Below, in pieces: positions 42,466 through 53,018 of a stretch of DNA of 64,000 bases. The DNA lies in NCBI GenBank assembly GCA_902626435.1, contig CACOFO010000002.1, forward strand, positions 24,275 to 88,274, read 5' to 3'. The position numbers and the translations under genes were made by a program. Within the stretch, counting starts at the first letter, position 1; each line of letters starts with the position of its first letter. This DNA is from an uncultured Prochlorococcus sp. (lineage in GTDB: Bacteria > Cyanobacteriota > Cyanobacteriia > PCC-6307 > Cyanobiaceae). The notes beneath the pieces are model-generated. The model was not told the DNA's origin and did no database searches. It worked only from the letters and a program-made list of their open reading frames with translations.

Positions 42466-43926
42466 ATGACCACTGCTTTGCAAACGCCCCAAAGGCGCTC
42501 TAGATCCAAATTACAAGATGCAAGTCTCGTTAATGGACCTATGCTCCTTTTGAGGAGTATTCGAGGATTTAGTTCAAACCGCTCAATGTTGTGGCTTGCA
42601 ACTGTACCTCTAGCTCTGTTTGGTTTGGGTATTTTTAATCTTTCTGCTCATGCAGCTGATTTACCTGAGTTGAATGCAGCTTTTCTTGCTAACAATTTAT
42701 GGCTTTTGATCGCTACTATCTTAGTGATCTTTATGAACGCTGGTTTCGCTATGGTTGAGGCAGGTATGTGCCGTTCTAAGAACGCAGTTAACATCCTTAC
42801 TAAAAACCTTTTCGTATTTGCTCTAGCTGTAACCTCTTATTGGTTTATTGGCTATTCACTAATGTACGGAGGTAGCGTAGCTGACGGATGGCTTTATTTT
42901 GGAGGTTTATTTTTTGATCCAACAGTTACTGCTGATATGGTAACTGATGCTGGATTAGTCCCAACAGTTGATTTCTTGTTCCAATCTGCCTTCGCAGGAA
43001 CCGCGGCAACTATCGTATCCGGTCTTGTTGCTGAAAGAGTTAAATTTGGAGAATTTGTTGTTTTTGCGATTGTATTAACTGCATTTATTTATCCAATTGC
43101 TGGTAGCTGGAAGTGGAATGGTGGTTGGCTTGATTCCTTAGGTTTTGTTGACTTTGCTGGTTCTTCAATTGTTCACTCAGTAGGTGCATGGGCCGGCTTA
43201 GTCGGAGCTATGCTTCTTGGCCCAAGAATTGGTAAGTTCAAAGATGGAAAACCTCAGGCAATGCCTGGTCATAATATGGCTATCGCCACATTGGGTGCTT
43301 TGGTTCTATGGATAGGCTGGTATGGTTTTAATCCGGGTTCTCAACTTGCGATGGATCAATGGGTTCCTTATGTTGCTGTAACAACTACTTTAGCTGCAGC
43401 AGCTGGTGCCATTGGAGCAACAGTTGTTTCGACTTTAACTTCTGGTAAGCCTGATCTTACAATGATCATCAATGGAATTCTTGCTGGCTTGGTAAGTATT
43501 ACGGCTGGATGTGGTGATATGACTCTTGCTGGTTCTTGGTTCGCAGGATTAGTCGGGGGAGTAATTGTTGTATTCTCAGTAGCTGCCGTCGATGCAGCTG
43601 AGATTGATGATCCTGTTGGTGCATTTTCTGTTCACGGAGTTTGTGGTGTCTGGGGTACCATAGTTATTGGTCTTTGGGGTACGGCTGTACAGGGAGATGG
43701 CGCAGGTATTGGTTTGTTCAATGGTGGAGGTATTAATCTTCTTCTAGTTCAAGCTCTTGGTGCTGCAGCTTATGCTATCTGGACACTAGTTACTTGCTGG
43801 ATTGCTTGGTCTGTGATTGGAGGATTATTCGGTGGAATTCGAGTATCTGAAGATGAAGAGACTCAAGGCCTTGATATAGGAGAGCACGGAATGGAAGCAT
43901 ATCCAGACTTTGCATCTGCTAAATAA
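42466..43926 (+). CDS. amt1: Ammonium transporter
   Basis: FMNAGFAMVEAG, DFAGSSIVH, WIGWYGFN, DDPVGAFSVHG; long N-terminal leader ending in SAHA. Confidence 0.97.
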   Translation: MTTALQTPQRRSRSKLQDASLVNGPMLLLRSIRGFSSNRSMLWLATVPLALFGLGIFNLSAHAADLPELNAAFLANNLWLLIATILVIFMNAGFAMVEAGMCRSKNAVNILTKNLFVFALAVTSYWFIGYSLMYGGSVADGWLYFGGLFFDPTVTADMVTDAGLVPTVDFLFQSAFAGTAATIVSGLVAERVKFGEFVVFAIVLTAFIYPIAGSWKWNGGWLDSLGFVDFAGSSIVHSVGAWAGLVGAMLLGPRIGKFKDGKPQAMPGHNMAIATLGALVLWIGWYGFNPGSQLAMDQWVPYVAVTTTLAAAAGAIGATVVSTLTSGKPDLTMIINGILAGLVSITAGCGDMTLAGSWFAGLVGGVIVVFSVAAVDAAEIDDPVGAFSVHGVCGVWGTIVIGLWGTAVQGDGAGIGLFNGGGINLLLVQALGAAAYAIWTLVTCWIAWSVIGGLFGGIRVSEDEETQGLDIGEHGMEAYPDFASAK

Positions 43927-43948
43927 TCTAACCAAAAATTGATTATAG

Positions 43949-43980
43949 AAACCTGACTTATGTCAGGTTTTTTTTTTTTT
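43949..43980 (+). terminator. Intrinsic terminator of amt1
   Basis: AAACCTGAC-TTAT-GTCAGGTTT ending in T13. Confidence 0.9.
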
Positions 43981-44016
43981 ACAAATAATTATTTAAAATG
44001 TTGTAATATCAGAAGC

Positions 44017-45213
44017 ATGGATACTCAAGCCGTAAAACACGCAATTCAACATTCTGGTAGATATAACCGTAAGGGTTTTGAGTCGCCATCTAAAAGAGCA
44101 AAAGCTTTGGGAGAATCTTACCAAAGCGATTTAATAGCATCAATTAGGGAAAATAATTTTAGTTTTAAAAAAGGGAGATTAAAGATTAAGCTTGCAAAAT
44201 CATTTGGATTTTGTTGGGGTGTTGAGAGAGCGGTGGCAATGGCTTACGAAACAAGAAGACATTATCCAAATGAAACTATTTGGATGACAAATGAAATTAT
44301 TCATAACCCTTCAGTTAATAATCATCTAAGTAAGATGAATGTAAAAATAATTTCCGCCAAAAATGGTATAAAGGACTTTTCACCAGTTTCTGTAGGGGAT
44401 GTTGTAATTCTCCCTGCTTTTGGGGCTACGGTTCAAGAGATGCAATTATTACATGAAAAACATTGTCACATAATCGATACAACATGTCCTTGGGTTTCTA
44501 AAGTTTGGCATACAGTTGAAAAACATAAAAAGCATACTTTTACATCTATTATTCATGGCAAATATAAACATGAAGAGACACTTGCTACTAGATCCTTTGC
44601 TGGTAATTATTTAGTTGTTTTTGACTTGGCCGAAGCGAAATATGTCTCAGACTATATTGAAGGGAAGGGTAATAAAAATGAGTTTATGAAAAAGTTTGCT
44701 AAAGCATGTTCTAACGGTTTTGATCCTGATATTCATCTTGAACGAATTGGAGTGGCTAATCAGACAACTATGCTAAAGAGTGAAACAGAGGAAATTGGAA
44801 AGTTTTTCGAAAAAACTATGTTAAGAATGTATGGACCGGCTAATATTAATGACCATTTTCTAGCATTTAATACTATTTGCGATGCTACAGAAGAGAGACA
44901 AGATGCTATGTTTTCTTTAGTAGATGAGGATTTAGATATCCTTGTTGTAATAGGAGGTTTTAATTCTTCAAATACTACCCACCTTCAAGAAATTGCAATA
45001 ACTAATAAAATAGAATCTTTTCATATAGATACGCCAGAGAGGATATCAATTGAACAAAACTCAATACTACATAAGCCACTAGGATCAGATTTAGAATTAA
45101 AAAATAACTTTTTACCTAGTGGAAATATTAAAGTTGGAATTACTTCAGGTGCATCTACTCCTGATAAGGTTGTTGCGGATGTCATAGAAAAGTTAATATA
45201 TATTGCTTCCTAA
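44017..45213 (+). CDS. ispH: 4-hydroxy-3-methylbut-2-enyl diphosphate reductase
   Basis: GFCWGV, DTTCP, NTICDAT, SSNT, GASTP; start moved to 44017 because the track's ATG lies inside the amt1 terminator. Confidence 0.96.
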   Translation: MDTQAVKHAIQHSGRYNRKGFESPSKRAKALGESYQSDLIASIRENNFSFKKGRLKIKLAKSFGFCWGVERAVAMAYETRRHYPNETIWMTNEIIHNPSVNNHLSKMNVKIISAKNGIKDFSPVSVGDVVILPAFGATVQEMQLLHEKHCHIIDTTCPWVSKVWHTVEKHKKHTFTSIIHGKYKHEETLATRSFAGNYLVVFDLAEAKYVSDYIEGKGNKNEFMKKFAKACSNGFDPDIHLERIGVANQTTMLKSETEEIGKFFEKTMLRMYGPANINDHFLAFNTICDATEERQDAMFSLVDEDLDILVVIGGFNSSNTTHLQEIAITNKIESFHIDTPERISIEQNSILHKPLGSDLELKNNFLPSGNIKVGITSGASTPDKVVADVIEKLIYIAS

Positions 45214-45315
45214 ATTTAGAATTTAATATAACATTGCTTAGTTTCTTTAATTTATTACTCAGATATTTCCTAAAGATCAACATTATTAACTAGAATAATG
45301 AAAAAATTTTGAAGT

Positions 45316-45876
45316 ATGGAAGACAAAACGCAAACTAATGATTTTCAAACAGCCAGTATGAATAGTACTAAAGCTCCCCAAAAAGTTGAAGTTGTAGTTG
45401 CTAATTCATCTGCAGGTTCAGAAGTAAATATTCTTGGAGAACTATCAATATTTGTTTTGCGAATCGGTTTTTGTGCCTTAATGATTCATCATGGTCTCGA
45501 GAAACTTCAGGACCCGCAGGGATTCGCCGAGTTTGTAGTTGGTAAGTACTTTCCATTTTTACCAGGTGATCCTGTTATTTGGACTTTTGGCGCAGCCATA
45601 ACTCAATTAGTGTGTCCCGTAGGGTTGGCTGTAGGTATTTTTGCAAGGCTTTCTTCTCTAGGACTATTCTCCACAATGGCATTTGCAGTTTATTTTCATC
45701 TTCTGGATACTGGACTAGAGGGTTTTCCACTGGCAGTTGTTGAAGGTCATAACTATGCCTTTGAGTTGTCATTTATATATGGTGCTATTTCTCTATACTT
45801 TCTTTGCGCAGGTCCAGGAAGGCTCTCTTTATTTAGAAAGACCAACAAAATTACATACTATCCCAAATCAACATAA
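45316..45876 (+). CDS. DoxX family membrane protein
   Basis: LRIGF...HHGLEKL, GPGRLSL; four TM segments. Confidence 0.85.
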   Translation: MEDKTQTNDFQTASMNSTKAPQKVEVVVANSSAGSEVNILGELSIFVLRIGFCALMIHHGLEKLQDPQGFAEFVVGKYFPFLPGDPVIWTFGAAITQLVCPVGLAVGIFARLSSLGLFSTMAFAVYFHLLDTGLEGFPLAVVEGHNYAFELSFIYGAISLYFLCAGPGRLSLFRKTNKITYYPKST

Positions 45877-45877
45877 A

Positions 45878-47431
45878 TTAGTGCAGAAAATGCCTTTTTT
45901 GAGTCAATATCATTGAAATTCCTTTTGAATTGCACATATCAATACTCTCTTGGTCTCTTAAACTCCCTCCAGGTTGGATTATAGCTTTTATTCCATACTC
46001 ATTTGCCAGCTCTACAGTATCTGCAAATGGGAAAAAACCATCACTTGCCAAAACAGCCCCATGACATGATCCTTCAGCTGCTTTTAGTGCAATTTTTGCG
46101 GCACCAACTCTATTCATTTGTCCAGCTCCGATACCTAAAGTTTTTTGGTTTTTAGCAATAACAATTGCATTTGATTTTACGTGTTTACAAATTTTCCAAG
46201 CAAAATTCAGATCAATTTTCATTTGCTTACTTTGATTGTTTTTAGTTACTGAAATCCAAGTCTCAGGTTTATCTTCAGTATCATCAGCATCTTGAACTAG
46301 TAATCCTCCCATTATTGATTTAGTAGAGGTTTGGTTCTTCTTTGGAAGCATATCTTTGGATAACTTTAAAATTCTTAAATTTTTTTTGATTTTTAAAATT
46401 TCTAAAGCTTCAGCATCAAAAGATGGAGCGACGACACACTCCAAGAAAATATCTTTAAGTTTAATTGCGGTTGCACTATCAATATTTGAATTGAAAGCAA
46501 CTATTCCTCCAAATGCGCTAACTGAGTCGCATTCCAAAGCATTCAAAAATGCTTGAGCTGCTGAATTGCTTACAGAGGCACCACAAGGATTATTATGTTT
46601 CAAGATGACAGAAGCAAATTTGTCTGTTTTAAGTTCATTTTTTTCTGCATAGCCAAATTCTAAAACTGTTGAAAGTGCAGACTCAAGATCCAATAGATTG
46701 TTATAACTTAAATCTTTACCTTGTAATTGTTCCGCCGAGTTCAATCCAACATTACTTAATCCATACCAAGAAGCTTTTTGATGAGGATTCTCCCCATATC
46801 TTAAAGTTTTGATTAGTGGGTAGGATTTAATATATTTGGAAGATTGTAAGTCTCTTTCTTTACTTATCCAATTAGATATTGCAGCGTCATAGTCTGCTGT
46901 ATGTTGAAAAGCTTCAAGGGCTAATTTTACTTTATATAATTCGTTCAACTCACCTTTTTTACTTTCTTCAAGAAAATTTTGATATTGACTAGGATCGACT
47001 AAAACTGAAACATTTTTATGATTTTTAGCTGCAGAACGAATCATTGATGGCCCTCCTATATCGATATTTTCAATCGCATCTTCCCATTTAGATCCCTGTT
47101 CAACAGTTTTCTTAAAAGGATATAAATTAACAACTACTAAGTCAATTAGTCGAAGATCGTTAGCCTCTACGTCTTTTTTATGTTCTTCATCAGACCTTTT
47201 AGCTAGAATCCCTCCATGGATTTTTGGATGTAGAGTTTTAACTCGTCCTCCAAGGATTTCTGGAGAATTAGTAAAATCGGCAACTTTAATAACTGGAATT
47301 TTTGCTTCTTTTAGATGTTTGGCAGTTCCTCCACTTGATAGAATTTTATAATTAAATTTTTCTACCAATTCTTTACAAAATGGAATTATATTTTTTTTAT
47401 CAGAGACACTTACTAGGGCTAATCGTGACAT
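45878..47431 (-). CDS. purH: AICAR transformylase/IMP cyclohydrolase
   Basis: SVSDK, GRVKTLHP, DIGGP, RYGENPHQ, KHNNPCG, SDGFFPF, RHFLH. Confidence 0.97.
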   Translation of the reverse strand: MSRLALVSVSDKKNIIPFCKELVEKFNYKILSSGGTAKHLKEAKIPVIKVADFTNSPEILGGRVKTLHPKIHGGILAKRSDEEHKKDVEANDLRLIDLVVVNLYPFKKTVEQGSKWEDAIENIDIGGPSMIRSAAKNHKNVSVLVDPSQYQNFLEESKKGELNELYKVKLALEAFQHTADYDAAISNWISKERDLQSSKYIKSYPLIKTLRYGENPHQKASWYGLSNVGLNSAEQLQGKDLSYNNLLDLESALSTVLEFGYAEKNELKTDKFASVILKHNNPCGASVSNSAAQAFLNALECDSVSAFGGIVAFNSNIDSATAIKLKDIFLECVVAPSFDAEALEILKIKKNLRILKLSKDMLPKKNQTSTKSIMGGLLVQDADDTEDKPETWISVTKNNQSKQMKIDLNFAWKICKHVKSNAIVIAKNQKTLGIGAGQMNRVGAAKIALKAAEGSCHGAVLASDGFFPFADTVELANEYGIKAIIQPGGSLRDQESIDMCNSKGISMILTQKRHFLH

Positions 47432-47464
47432 TATGGGAAAGTTTGCTTACTTAAGAATATAAAC

Positions 47465-48082
47465 ATGAAATACGATATCAATCATGAATTTGTTTCGATT
47501 AGCTCTCAAACTGCAACTCATAGAATTATTCTGATACATGGTTGGGGTGCCGATTCAAATGACCTTTTAACAGTTGGAAAGGAGATTACAGATAAAATAA
47601 ATTTTGACTTAGAGGTAATTTCTTTGAGAGCCCCTGGAATACATCCAAGTGGTCAGGGAAGACAATGGTATGGTTTATACCCACATAATTGGAATGAGGC
47701 TGCGGTTGAAGTAAATAAACTCATAATTACATTAAAAAAATTTGATACTGATAAGATTCCGCTTAATAAAACAATTTTATTGGGTTTTTCTCAGGGGGCA
47801 GCCATGGCAATTGATGCAGGATTCAAATTGAATCTAGGATTAATTGTTAGTTGTAGTGGTTATCCTCACCCAAATTGGGCACCTGAGAAAAAATGCCCAC
47901 CATTAATAATCAGTCATGGTTTATTTGATGACGTTGTTCCAATAGATGCTTCTAGAATTATTTATGAAAAGGTTAAATGTAAGTCTTCTAAATTTTGCGA
48001 ATTTTTAGAATTTGATGGATCACATCAAATAGATGCAAATTTAATCAATTTTATAAGTTCAAATATTAATAATATTTTTTAA
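47465..48082 (+). CDS. Alpha/beta hydrolase (phospholipase/carboxylesterase)
   Basis: HGWG, GFSQG, HG..DDVVP, GSH catalytic triad pattern. Confidence 0.88.
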   Translation: MKYDINHEFVSISSQTATHRIILIHGWGADSNDLLTVGKEITDKINFDLEVISLRAPGIHPSGQGRQWYGLYPHNWNEAAVEVNKLIITLKKFDTDKIPLNKTILLGFSQGAAMAIDAGFKLNLGLIVSCSGYPHPNWAPEKKCPPLIISHGLFDDVVPIDASRIIYEKVKCKSSKFCEFLEFDGSHQIDANLINFISSNINNIF

Positions 48083-48447
48083 ACAAACGCATATTCATAT
48101 TCTTCAATTTCTTCCCAATCATCTGCAGTGAGTTCCAGACCTTCGAAAATTTTTTCTTCACCAATTCCTTCAACTACAACCTTAAGAGATGGAAATAAAA
48201 AATGATTTTCTTCAGCATATTGAGCGCTAAATAACCCTTTTTCGCCCCAAAAAAACCTGTCAGTGGTATGTTCATTTCTTCTGACATTGAAAACTGAAGG
48301 TGCAGATAGACCATTTTCAGCTATGAATCTTCTTGCTGCTGTAACTGGTTTATGTTTGCCAGTTTCGATATGATAAATAGGCACATGTGCCATTACTCTT
48401 TGGCCAGCCAATCTTCTTCTACTGATTCTTTTCCTTTTTTTTGACAT
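48079..48447 (-). CDS. DUF3155 family protein
   Basis: Arg/Lys-rich N-terminus, KPVTAARRFI, RRNEHTTDRFFWGEKGLFSAQYAEENHFLFPSL; AGGAG RBS. Confidence 0.85.
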   Translation of the reverse strand: MSKKRKRISRRRLAGQRVMAHVPIYHIETGKHKPVTAARRFIAENGLSAPSVFNVRRNEHTTDRFFWGEKGLFSAQYAEENHFLFPSLKVVVEGIGEEKIFEGLELTADDWEEIEEYEYAFV

Positions 48448-48614
48448 TGAATGGTACTCCTGAAATTATGAATGAGATTAGTGTTATTTATTTTTACTAA
48501 TCTTATATATGTGATTTTGAATTCACTCCAATTACATAGAGGACCCATCAACCCCTGATGTAGCTTAAAATATGATAAGTTTTCATATTTAAGGCTGGCT
48601 AAAGTCAGACCTCT
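48448..48614 (-). ncRNA. Candidate structured leader/ncRNA upstream of the DUF3155 gene
   Basis: Four-way junction at 48538-48614 plus two further hairpins; minus-strand TTGTAA-16nt-TAAGAT promoter directly upstream; strand uncertain. Confidence 0.45.
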
Positions 48615-48695
48615 TTATATATCTTAATACTTTTTTCATATTTTACAAGCCTTTTTCAAATTTTTTTCTAAAAATTTCTCAAAATTTCATTAGTT

Positions 48696-49832
48696 ATGAA
48701 TCTCTCAAAAAAATTTGAAGAACTTATCGTAAAACAGCTAGAGAGCTTTGGCTGCTCAATGGGAGTCACTCATTTAGTTATGTATCTTGCTACAGCTAAG
48801 CAAGGAACTAAAGCATCTTTTGAAATTATTGGTCAATGGCCACAAATTGATAAGCTCCTAATATCAATAGACGATGATCCTTCATTAAAAGTTTCTTCTC
48901 CTAATAGAAGATGGTACCCGCTTCAAGAAAACGATATTTTACTTGGTGTCCTTAGGGTAGAAACTGATTTTAATGGCGGGAATTGGCCATCATCACTTGA
49001 TTCTAGATTAAAAGCGCTTTCAATATCTTTAGCAAAATGTGTTTCTATTGAATTAGAACGTCAAAATAAAATTGAAGAAATCAATTATTTTAGAAATCAG
49101 GTCAATGTCATAATTCATCAATTAAGGAATCCATTGGCGGCTCTAAGGACATATGCAAAATTACTAATAAAAAGACTTGGTTCAGATGATGACTCAATTG
49201 AAATAGTCGAACGCATGGTAGTAGAGCAAAAACAAATTAATCAATACATGGACTTTTTTACAAAATTAAATTCTCCTATTAAATTACCTCTAGAAATTGG
49301 AGAAGAAAGATTATTATTACCACCAAATTTAGATAATAAAAAGGTGATAACTGTTCAGAGTTTGTTGAAGCCTATCTTAGAAAGGGGTAAAGCGAATGCG
49401 AACTTGGAGAATAGAGATTGGACTGAACCTCCTTTTTGGCCAGATTGGACTTTAACGCCATTAAAGGCAAAATATGCTGTAATTGCTGAGATTATTGCCA
49501 ATTTATTAGAAAATGCGTTTAAATATTCCCAAAAAGATGCTGAAATTGGACTAACTATTACAAGTAAAGGTCTTTGCATATTTGATGATGGTAAAAAAAT
49601 AATCAAAAATGAATATGAGAAAATTTTTCTAAAAGGCTTTAGAGGATCTGCCGCAAAAAAAAAGGATGGCACTGGTGTTGGACTTTTTTTAGCAAGGAAA
49701 CTAGCAAAACAAATTGGAGGAGATTTGAGATTATTAGATAATTACTCAATAAATAATACTGAGGAATTAAAAAATTTTAAGAAGAAAAATATTTTCTATT
49801 TAGAACTTCCTATAAAAGAATTGCATGCATAA
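48696..49832 (+). CDS. Soluble sensor histidine kinase (Hik2/CSK-like)
   Basis: HQLRNPL H-box, NLLENAFKY N-box, GTGVGL G2-box; short GAF-like N-terminus, no TM helix. Confidence 0.85.
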   Translation: MNLSKKFEELIVKQLESFGCSMGVTHLVMYLATAKQGTKASFEIIGQWPQIDKLLISIDDDPSLKVSSPNRRWYPLQENDILLGVLRVETDFNGGNWPSSLDSRLKALSISLAKCVSIELERQNKIEEINYFRNQVNVIIHQLRNPLAALRTYAKLLIKRLGSDDDSIEIVERMVVEQKQINQYMDFFTKLNSPIKLPLEIGEERLLLPPNLDNKKVITVQSLLKPILERGKANANLENRDWTEPPFWPDWTLTPLKAKYAVIAEIIANLLENAFKYSQKDAEIGLTITSKGLCIFDDGKKIIKNEYEKIFLKGFRGSAAKKKDGTGVGLFLARKLAKQIGGDLRLLDNYSINNTEELKNFKKKNIFYLELPIKELHA

Positions 49833-50559
49833 ATAATATTGAAGTTTCAACCAGAACAACACTCGCACCACAGGCATCTCCATTGAAGCCTCCAATTTTA
49901 GTCCCAAGCATGTTTGGAATAAAATAACTTAAAAAAATACCAAACAAAATTAGAAATAAAAATTTAATTAATATTACTTTGGATGTAATTGAAACTAATT
50001 GGTATGCAATGAAAAATAAGAGAAAAATAATGGAAATCAAAGATTCTTTTTTAAATCCATTCCAAAACTTTTTATGACTAATAGATTTTTTCTTATAGCT
50101 TATATATCTAAACTTTTCTATAAAAAATAAATTTGAAAATCTTCCCCAAAATAAGCAAATTGGTAAAACAAAAATTATTAGGTTTTGAATTTTGAGTATG
50201 CAAGCTATTTGAATTAAAGTTATAAAAACTAAAGCTTGAACTCCAAAGGAACCAACCTTACTGTCTTTCATGGCTTTTAAACGTTTCTTTTTGCCCGCAA
50301 AAATACCATCAAAAGTATCCATTAAACCATCTAGGTGCAAACCACCAGTAATTAAATATCCAGAAGCCAAACAAATTAATGTAGATGCATAAATGGACCA
50401 AGAGTTTGATTTAAAAAAAAGAAAAATATAACTCTGAATTGTTCCAATAAAAAATCCTAAAGGCGGCGCAAATTGTGCAATATTTTTAAATTCGGGTTTT
50501 ATTAAGGGTATCTTTGGAAATGTCGTATAGAAAATCCAAGATCCTGCTAAATTTTTTAT
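49810..50559 (-). CDS. cobS: Adenosylcobinamide-GDP ribazoletransferase (cobalamin synthase)
   Basis: TGGLHLDGLMDTFDG, MKDSKVGSFG, GGFNGDACGA. The frame is open upstream of the track's TTG through AGSWIFYTTFP; ATA at 50559 assumed as start. Confidence 0.9.
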   Translation of the reverse strand: MKNLAGSWIFYTTFPKIPLIKPEFKNIAQFAPPLGFFIGTIQSYIFLFFKSNSWSIYASTLICLASGYLITGGLHLDGLMDTFDGIFAGKKKRLKAMKDSKVGSFGVQALVFITLIQIACILKIQNLIIFVLPICLFWGRFSNLFFIEKFRYISYKKKSISHKKFWNGFKKESLISIIFLLFFIAYQLVSITSKVILIKFLFLILFGIFLSYFIPNMLGTKIGGFNGDACGASVVLVETSILFMHAILL

Positions 50560-50649
50560 TAAATATTTTTTGATGAGATAAAAATGTATTCAATATTAAA
50601 TAATAGGATAGATTAATAAAAAAGGATCAAAAAAATTTTATAAATTATC

Positions 50650-51768
50650 GTGTTTGAATTTGAAATTACAAGAAATTGCAGTAATACAGGCGCAAGAACT
50701 GGTATTTTTCATACACCAAATGGTCCGGTAAACACACCAAGATTTATGCCTGTGGGTACTTTGGCAACGGTTAAAGGAATTACATCTAAGCAATTAATCT
50801 CCACAGGATCAGAAATGATTCTCTCGAATACCTTTCATCTTCATTTACAACCTGGTGAACAATTAGTTAAAGAATCTGGTGGAATACATAAGTTCATGAA
50901 TTGGTCTAAGCCTATTCTTACTGATTCAGGAGGATATCAAGTTTTTAGTTTGGCCAAATTAAATAATATTTCTGATAAAGGTGTTGAATTTAAAAATCCA
51001 AGAGATGGTAGTCATGTATTTTTATCACCTGAAAAAGTCATACAGATTCAAATGGATCTTGGATCGGATGTTGCAATGGCTTTTGATCATTGTCCTCCGC
51101 ATACAGCTACCGAAAATGATATTGAGGACTCTTTACAAAGGACTCATTCATGGTTGAAAAAATGCGTAAAGACTCATCAGAAATCCAATCAAGCATTATT
51201 CGGTATAGTTCAAGGTGGTAAGTATCCAAGATTAAGAGAATATAGCGCAAAATTTACAAGTTCTTTTAATCTGCCTGGAATAGCAGTGGGAGGTGTAAGT
51301 GTTGGTGAGGCAGTCGATGAAATTCATAGTGTAATCAATTATATCCCAAAATTTTTACCAATAAATAAACCAAGATATTTAATGGGAATTGGCTCTTTAA
51401 GAGAAATTTCTTTAGCTGTTGCTAATGGATTCGATATATTTGACTGTGTTATGCCTACAAGACTAGGAAGACATGGGACTGCATTTTTTAATGATGAAAG
51501 ATTGAATTTGCGAAATGCTCGATTTAAAAATGACTTTTCTCCGATTGATAAAACTTGTAATTGCGAAACCTGTAAGTCTTATTCTCGTGCATATTTGCAT
51601 CATTTAATAAGAAATGATGAAATATTGGGCCTCACCCTTATAAGTTTGCATAATATTGCTCATTTAATAAGATTTACGAAGGCCATTTCTACTGCAATTA
51701 AAGATAATTGTTTTACAATTGATTTCGCTCCTTGGAAAACATCCTCCATTGCTCACCATACGTGGTAA
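50650..51768 (+). CDS. tgt: Queuine tRNA-ribosyltransferase
   Basis: [27 protein letters not shown], Zn site CNCETC...H. Confidence 0.97.
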   Translation: MFEFEITRNCSNTGARTGIFHTPNGPVNTPRFMPVGTLATVKGITSKQLISTGSEMILSNTFHLHLQPGEQLVKESGGIHKFMNWSKPILTDSGGYQVFSLAKLNNISDKGVEFKNPRDGSHVFLSPEKVIQIQMDLGSDVAMAFDHCPPHTATENDIEDSLQRTHSWLKKCVKTHQKSNQALFGIVQGGKYPRLREYSAKFTSSFNLPGIAVGGVSVGEAVDEIHSVINYIPKFLPINKPRYLMGIGSLREISLAVANGFDIFDCVMPTRLGRHGTAFFNDERLNLRNARFKNDFSPIDKTCNCETCKSYSRAYLHHLIRNDEILGLTLISLHNIAHLIRFTKAISTAIKDNCFTIDFAPWKTSSIAHHTW

Positions 51769-51800
51769 CGTCGTAACATAATTAATTAATTTTTAAAAAG

Positions 51801-51941
51801 GTGCTCATTCTATTAAATACATTCGCTGAATTGCCTGAAGCTTACAAGGCTTTTGCTCCAACTGTTGATGTTCTACCACTGATCCCTTTATTTTTCTTTT
51901 TATTAGTGTTTGTTTGGCAAGCTGCAGTTGGATTTAAATAG
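51801..51941 (+). CDS. psbK: Photosystem II protein K (46 aa, below the track cutoff)
   Basis: GTG start; [36 protein letters not shown]. Confidence 0.96.
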   Translation: MLILLNTFAELPEAYKAFAPTVDVLPLIPLFFFLLVFVWQAAVGFK

Positions 51942-51964
51942 TATTATTTTCTTTTAAATAACTT

Positions 51965-52969
51965 TTAGAAGGGATTTTCAAGTAAAATTGCATCTCCAGA
52001 ATTTTCTACAGCACTCTCTATAAAATCAGCTATTTTTAAGGCTCTTGAAGCTTGCTCACCATCTACTTCGGGTGTTTCTTTGCCTTGAAGGCATTTAAGA
52101 AAATGCTCTAATTCTGCATAAAGAGGTTCAATGGAAGTAGTGCTTACTTCTTCTACATACCCATCATTCCTGTAAACTAATTCACCATGCTCTGCAGTGT
52201 ATGATTCATGGGATTTTCGATGGATTTGAAGAGAGTGATTTAAGAAATCAGTCTCTACTAGCCCATTTTGACAGTGAGCACTTAAGCTTCTAATTTTTTT
52301 GTGACTCATTTTGCTGGCAATTAAGCTTGCAATAACATTATTTTCAAAAACTAAAGTAGCATTAACATAATCTATTAATCCTTCGCTATTTCTGCCTCCA
52401 ACCGCTGCTAATTTTTGTATTTTCGAGTTTACAAGTTCTAAAACAAGATCAATGTCATGAATCATTAAATCCATGACTACAGATACATCATTTGCTCTAT
52501 CAGCATGAGGACTATGTCTTCTTGCTTCTAAAACGACAATTTCTTCATTATTTACTATTTTATTTAATTCTCTAAAGGCAGGATTAAATCTTTCAATATG
52601 CCCAACTTGTAACAGACAATTACTTGCATTCGCAGCCTCTATTAAAGATTTTGCTTCTAACTCATTAGCTGCAATTGGTTTTTCAATTAGAACATTGGTT
52701 CCTCCCTTAAGACAATCTAGTCCTACTTTTTGATGAAGTAGCGTTGGGACAGCGATACAAATAGCATCAACTTTCGGAATTAGGTCCTTATAATCTCTAA
52801 ACCATTCACATTGAAATTGCTCAATAGCTAGTTTGCCTCTCTCTTCATTTGGATCTGCAACTCCAATTAGATTTGCATCTTTAAGTAAACTTAGTACTCG
52901 AGCATGATGCCATCCCATATTGCCTATACCTATGACTCCCACCTTTACTGGTGGTGAGGTTGATTGCAT
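51965..52969 (-). CDS. Gfo/Idh/MocA family oxidoreductase
   Basis: GIGNMG, EKP, GHIERFNP, DLMIHDID. Confidence 0.92.
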   Translation of the reverse strand: MQSTSPPVKVGVIGIGNMGWHHARVLSLLKDANLIGVADPNEERGKLAIEQFQCEWFRDYKDLIPKVDAICIAVPTLLHQKVGLDCLKGGTNVLIEKPIAANELEAKSLIEAANASNCLLQVGHIERFNPAFRELNKIVNNEEIVVLEARRHSPHADRANDVSVVMDLMIHDIDLVLELVNSKIQKLAAVGGRNSEGLIDYVNATLVFENNVIASLIASKMSHKKIRSLSAHCQNGLVETDFLNHSLQIHRKSHESYTAEHGELVYRNDGYVEEVSTTSIEPLYAELEHFLKCLQGKETPEVDGEQASRALKIADFIESAVENSGDAILLENPF

Positions 52970-53018
52970 AACTTAAATCCTTCTATTAAATATCATTATC
53001 CTCTATAGGAAGCCATAT

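Noticed and set aside
43960-44016. N-terminal extension of IspH and the T13 run as a phase-variation tract
   Set aside because: The ATG and T run are part of the amt1 terminator, not coding sequence
49810-49832. 23-nt 3' overlaps of convergent genes (kinase/cobS; also 30817-30839)
   Set aside because: Common result of genome compaction
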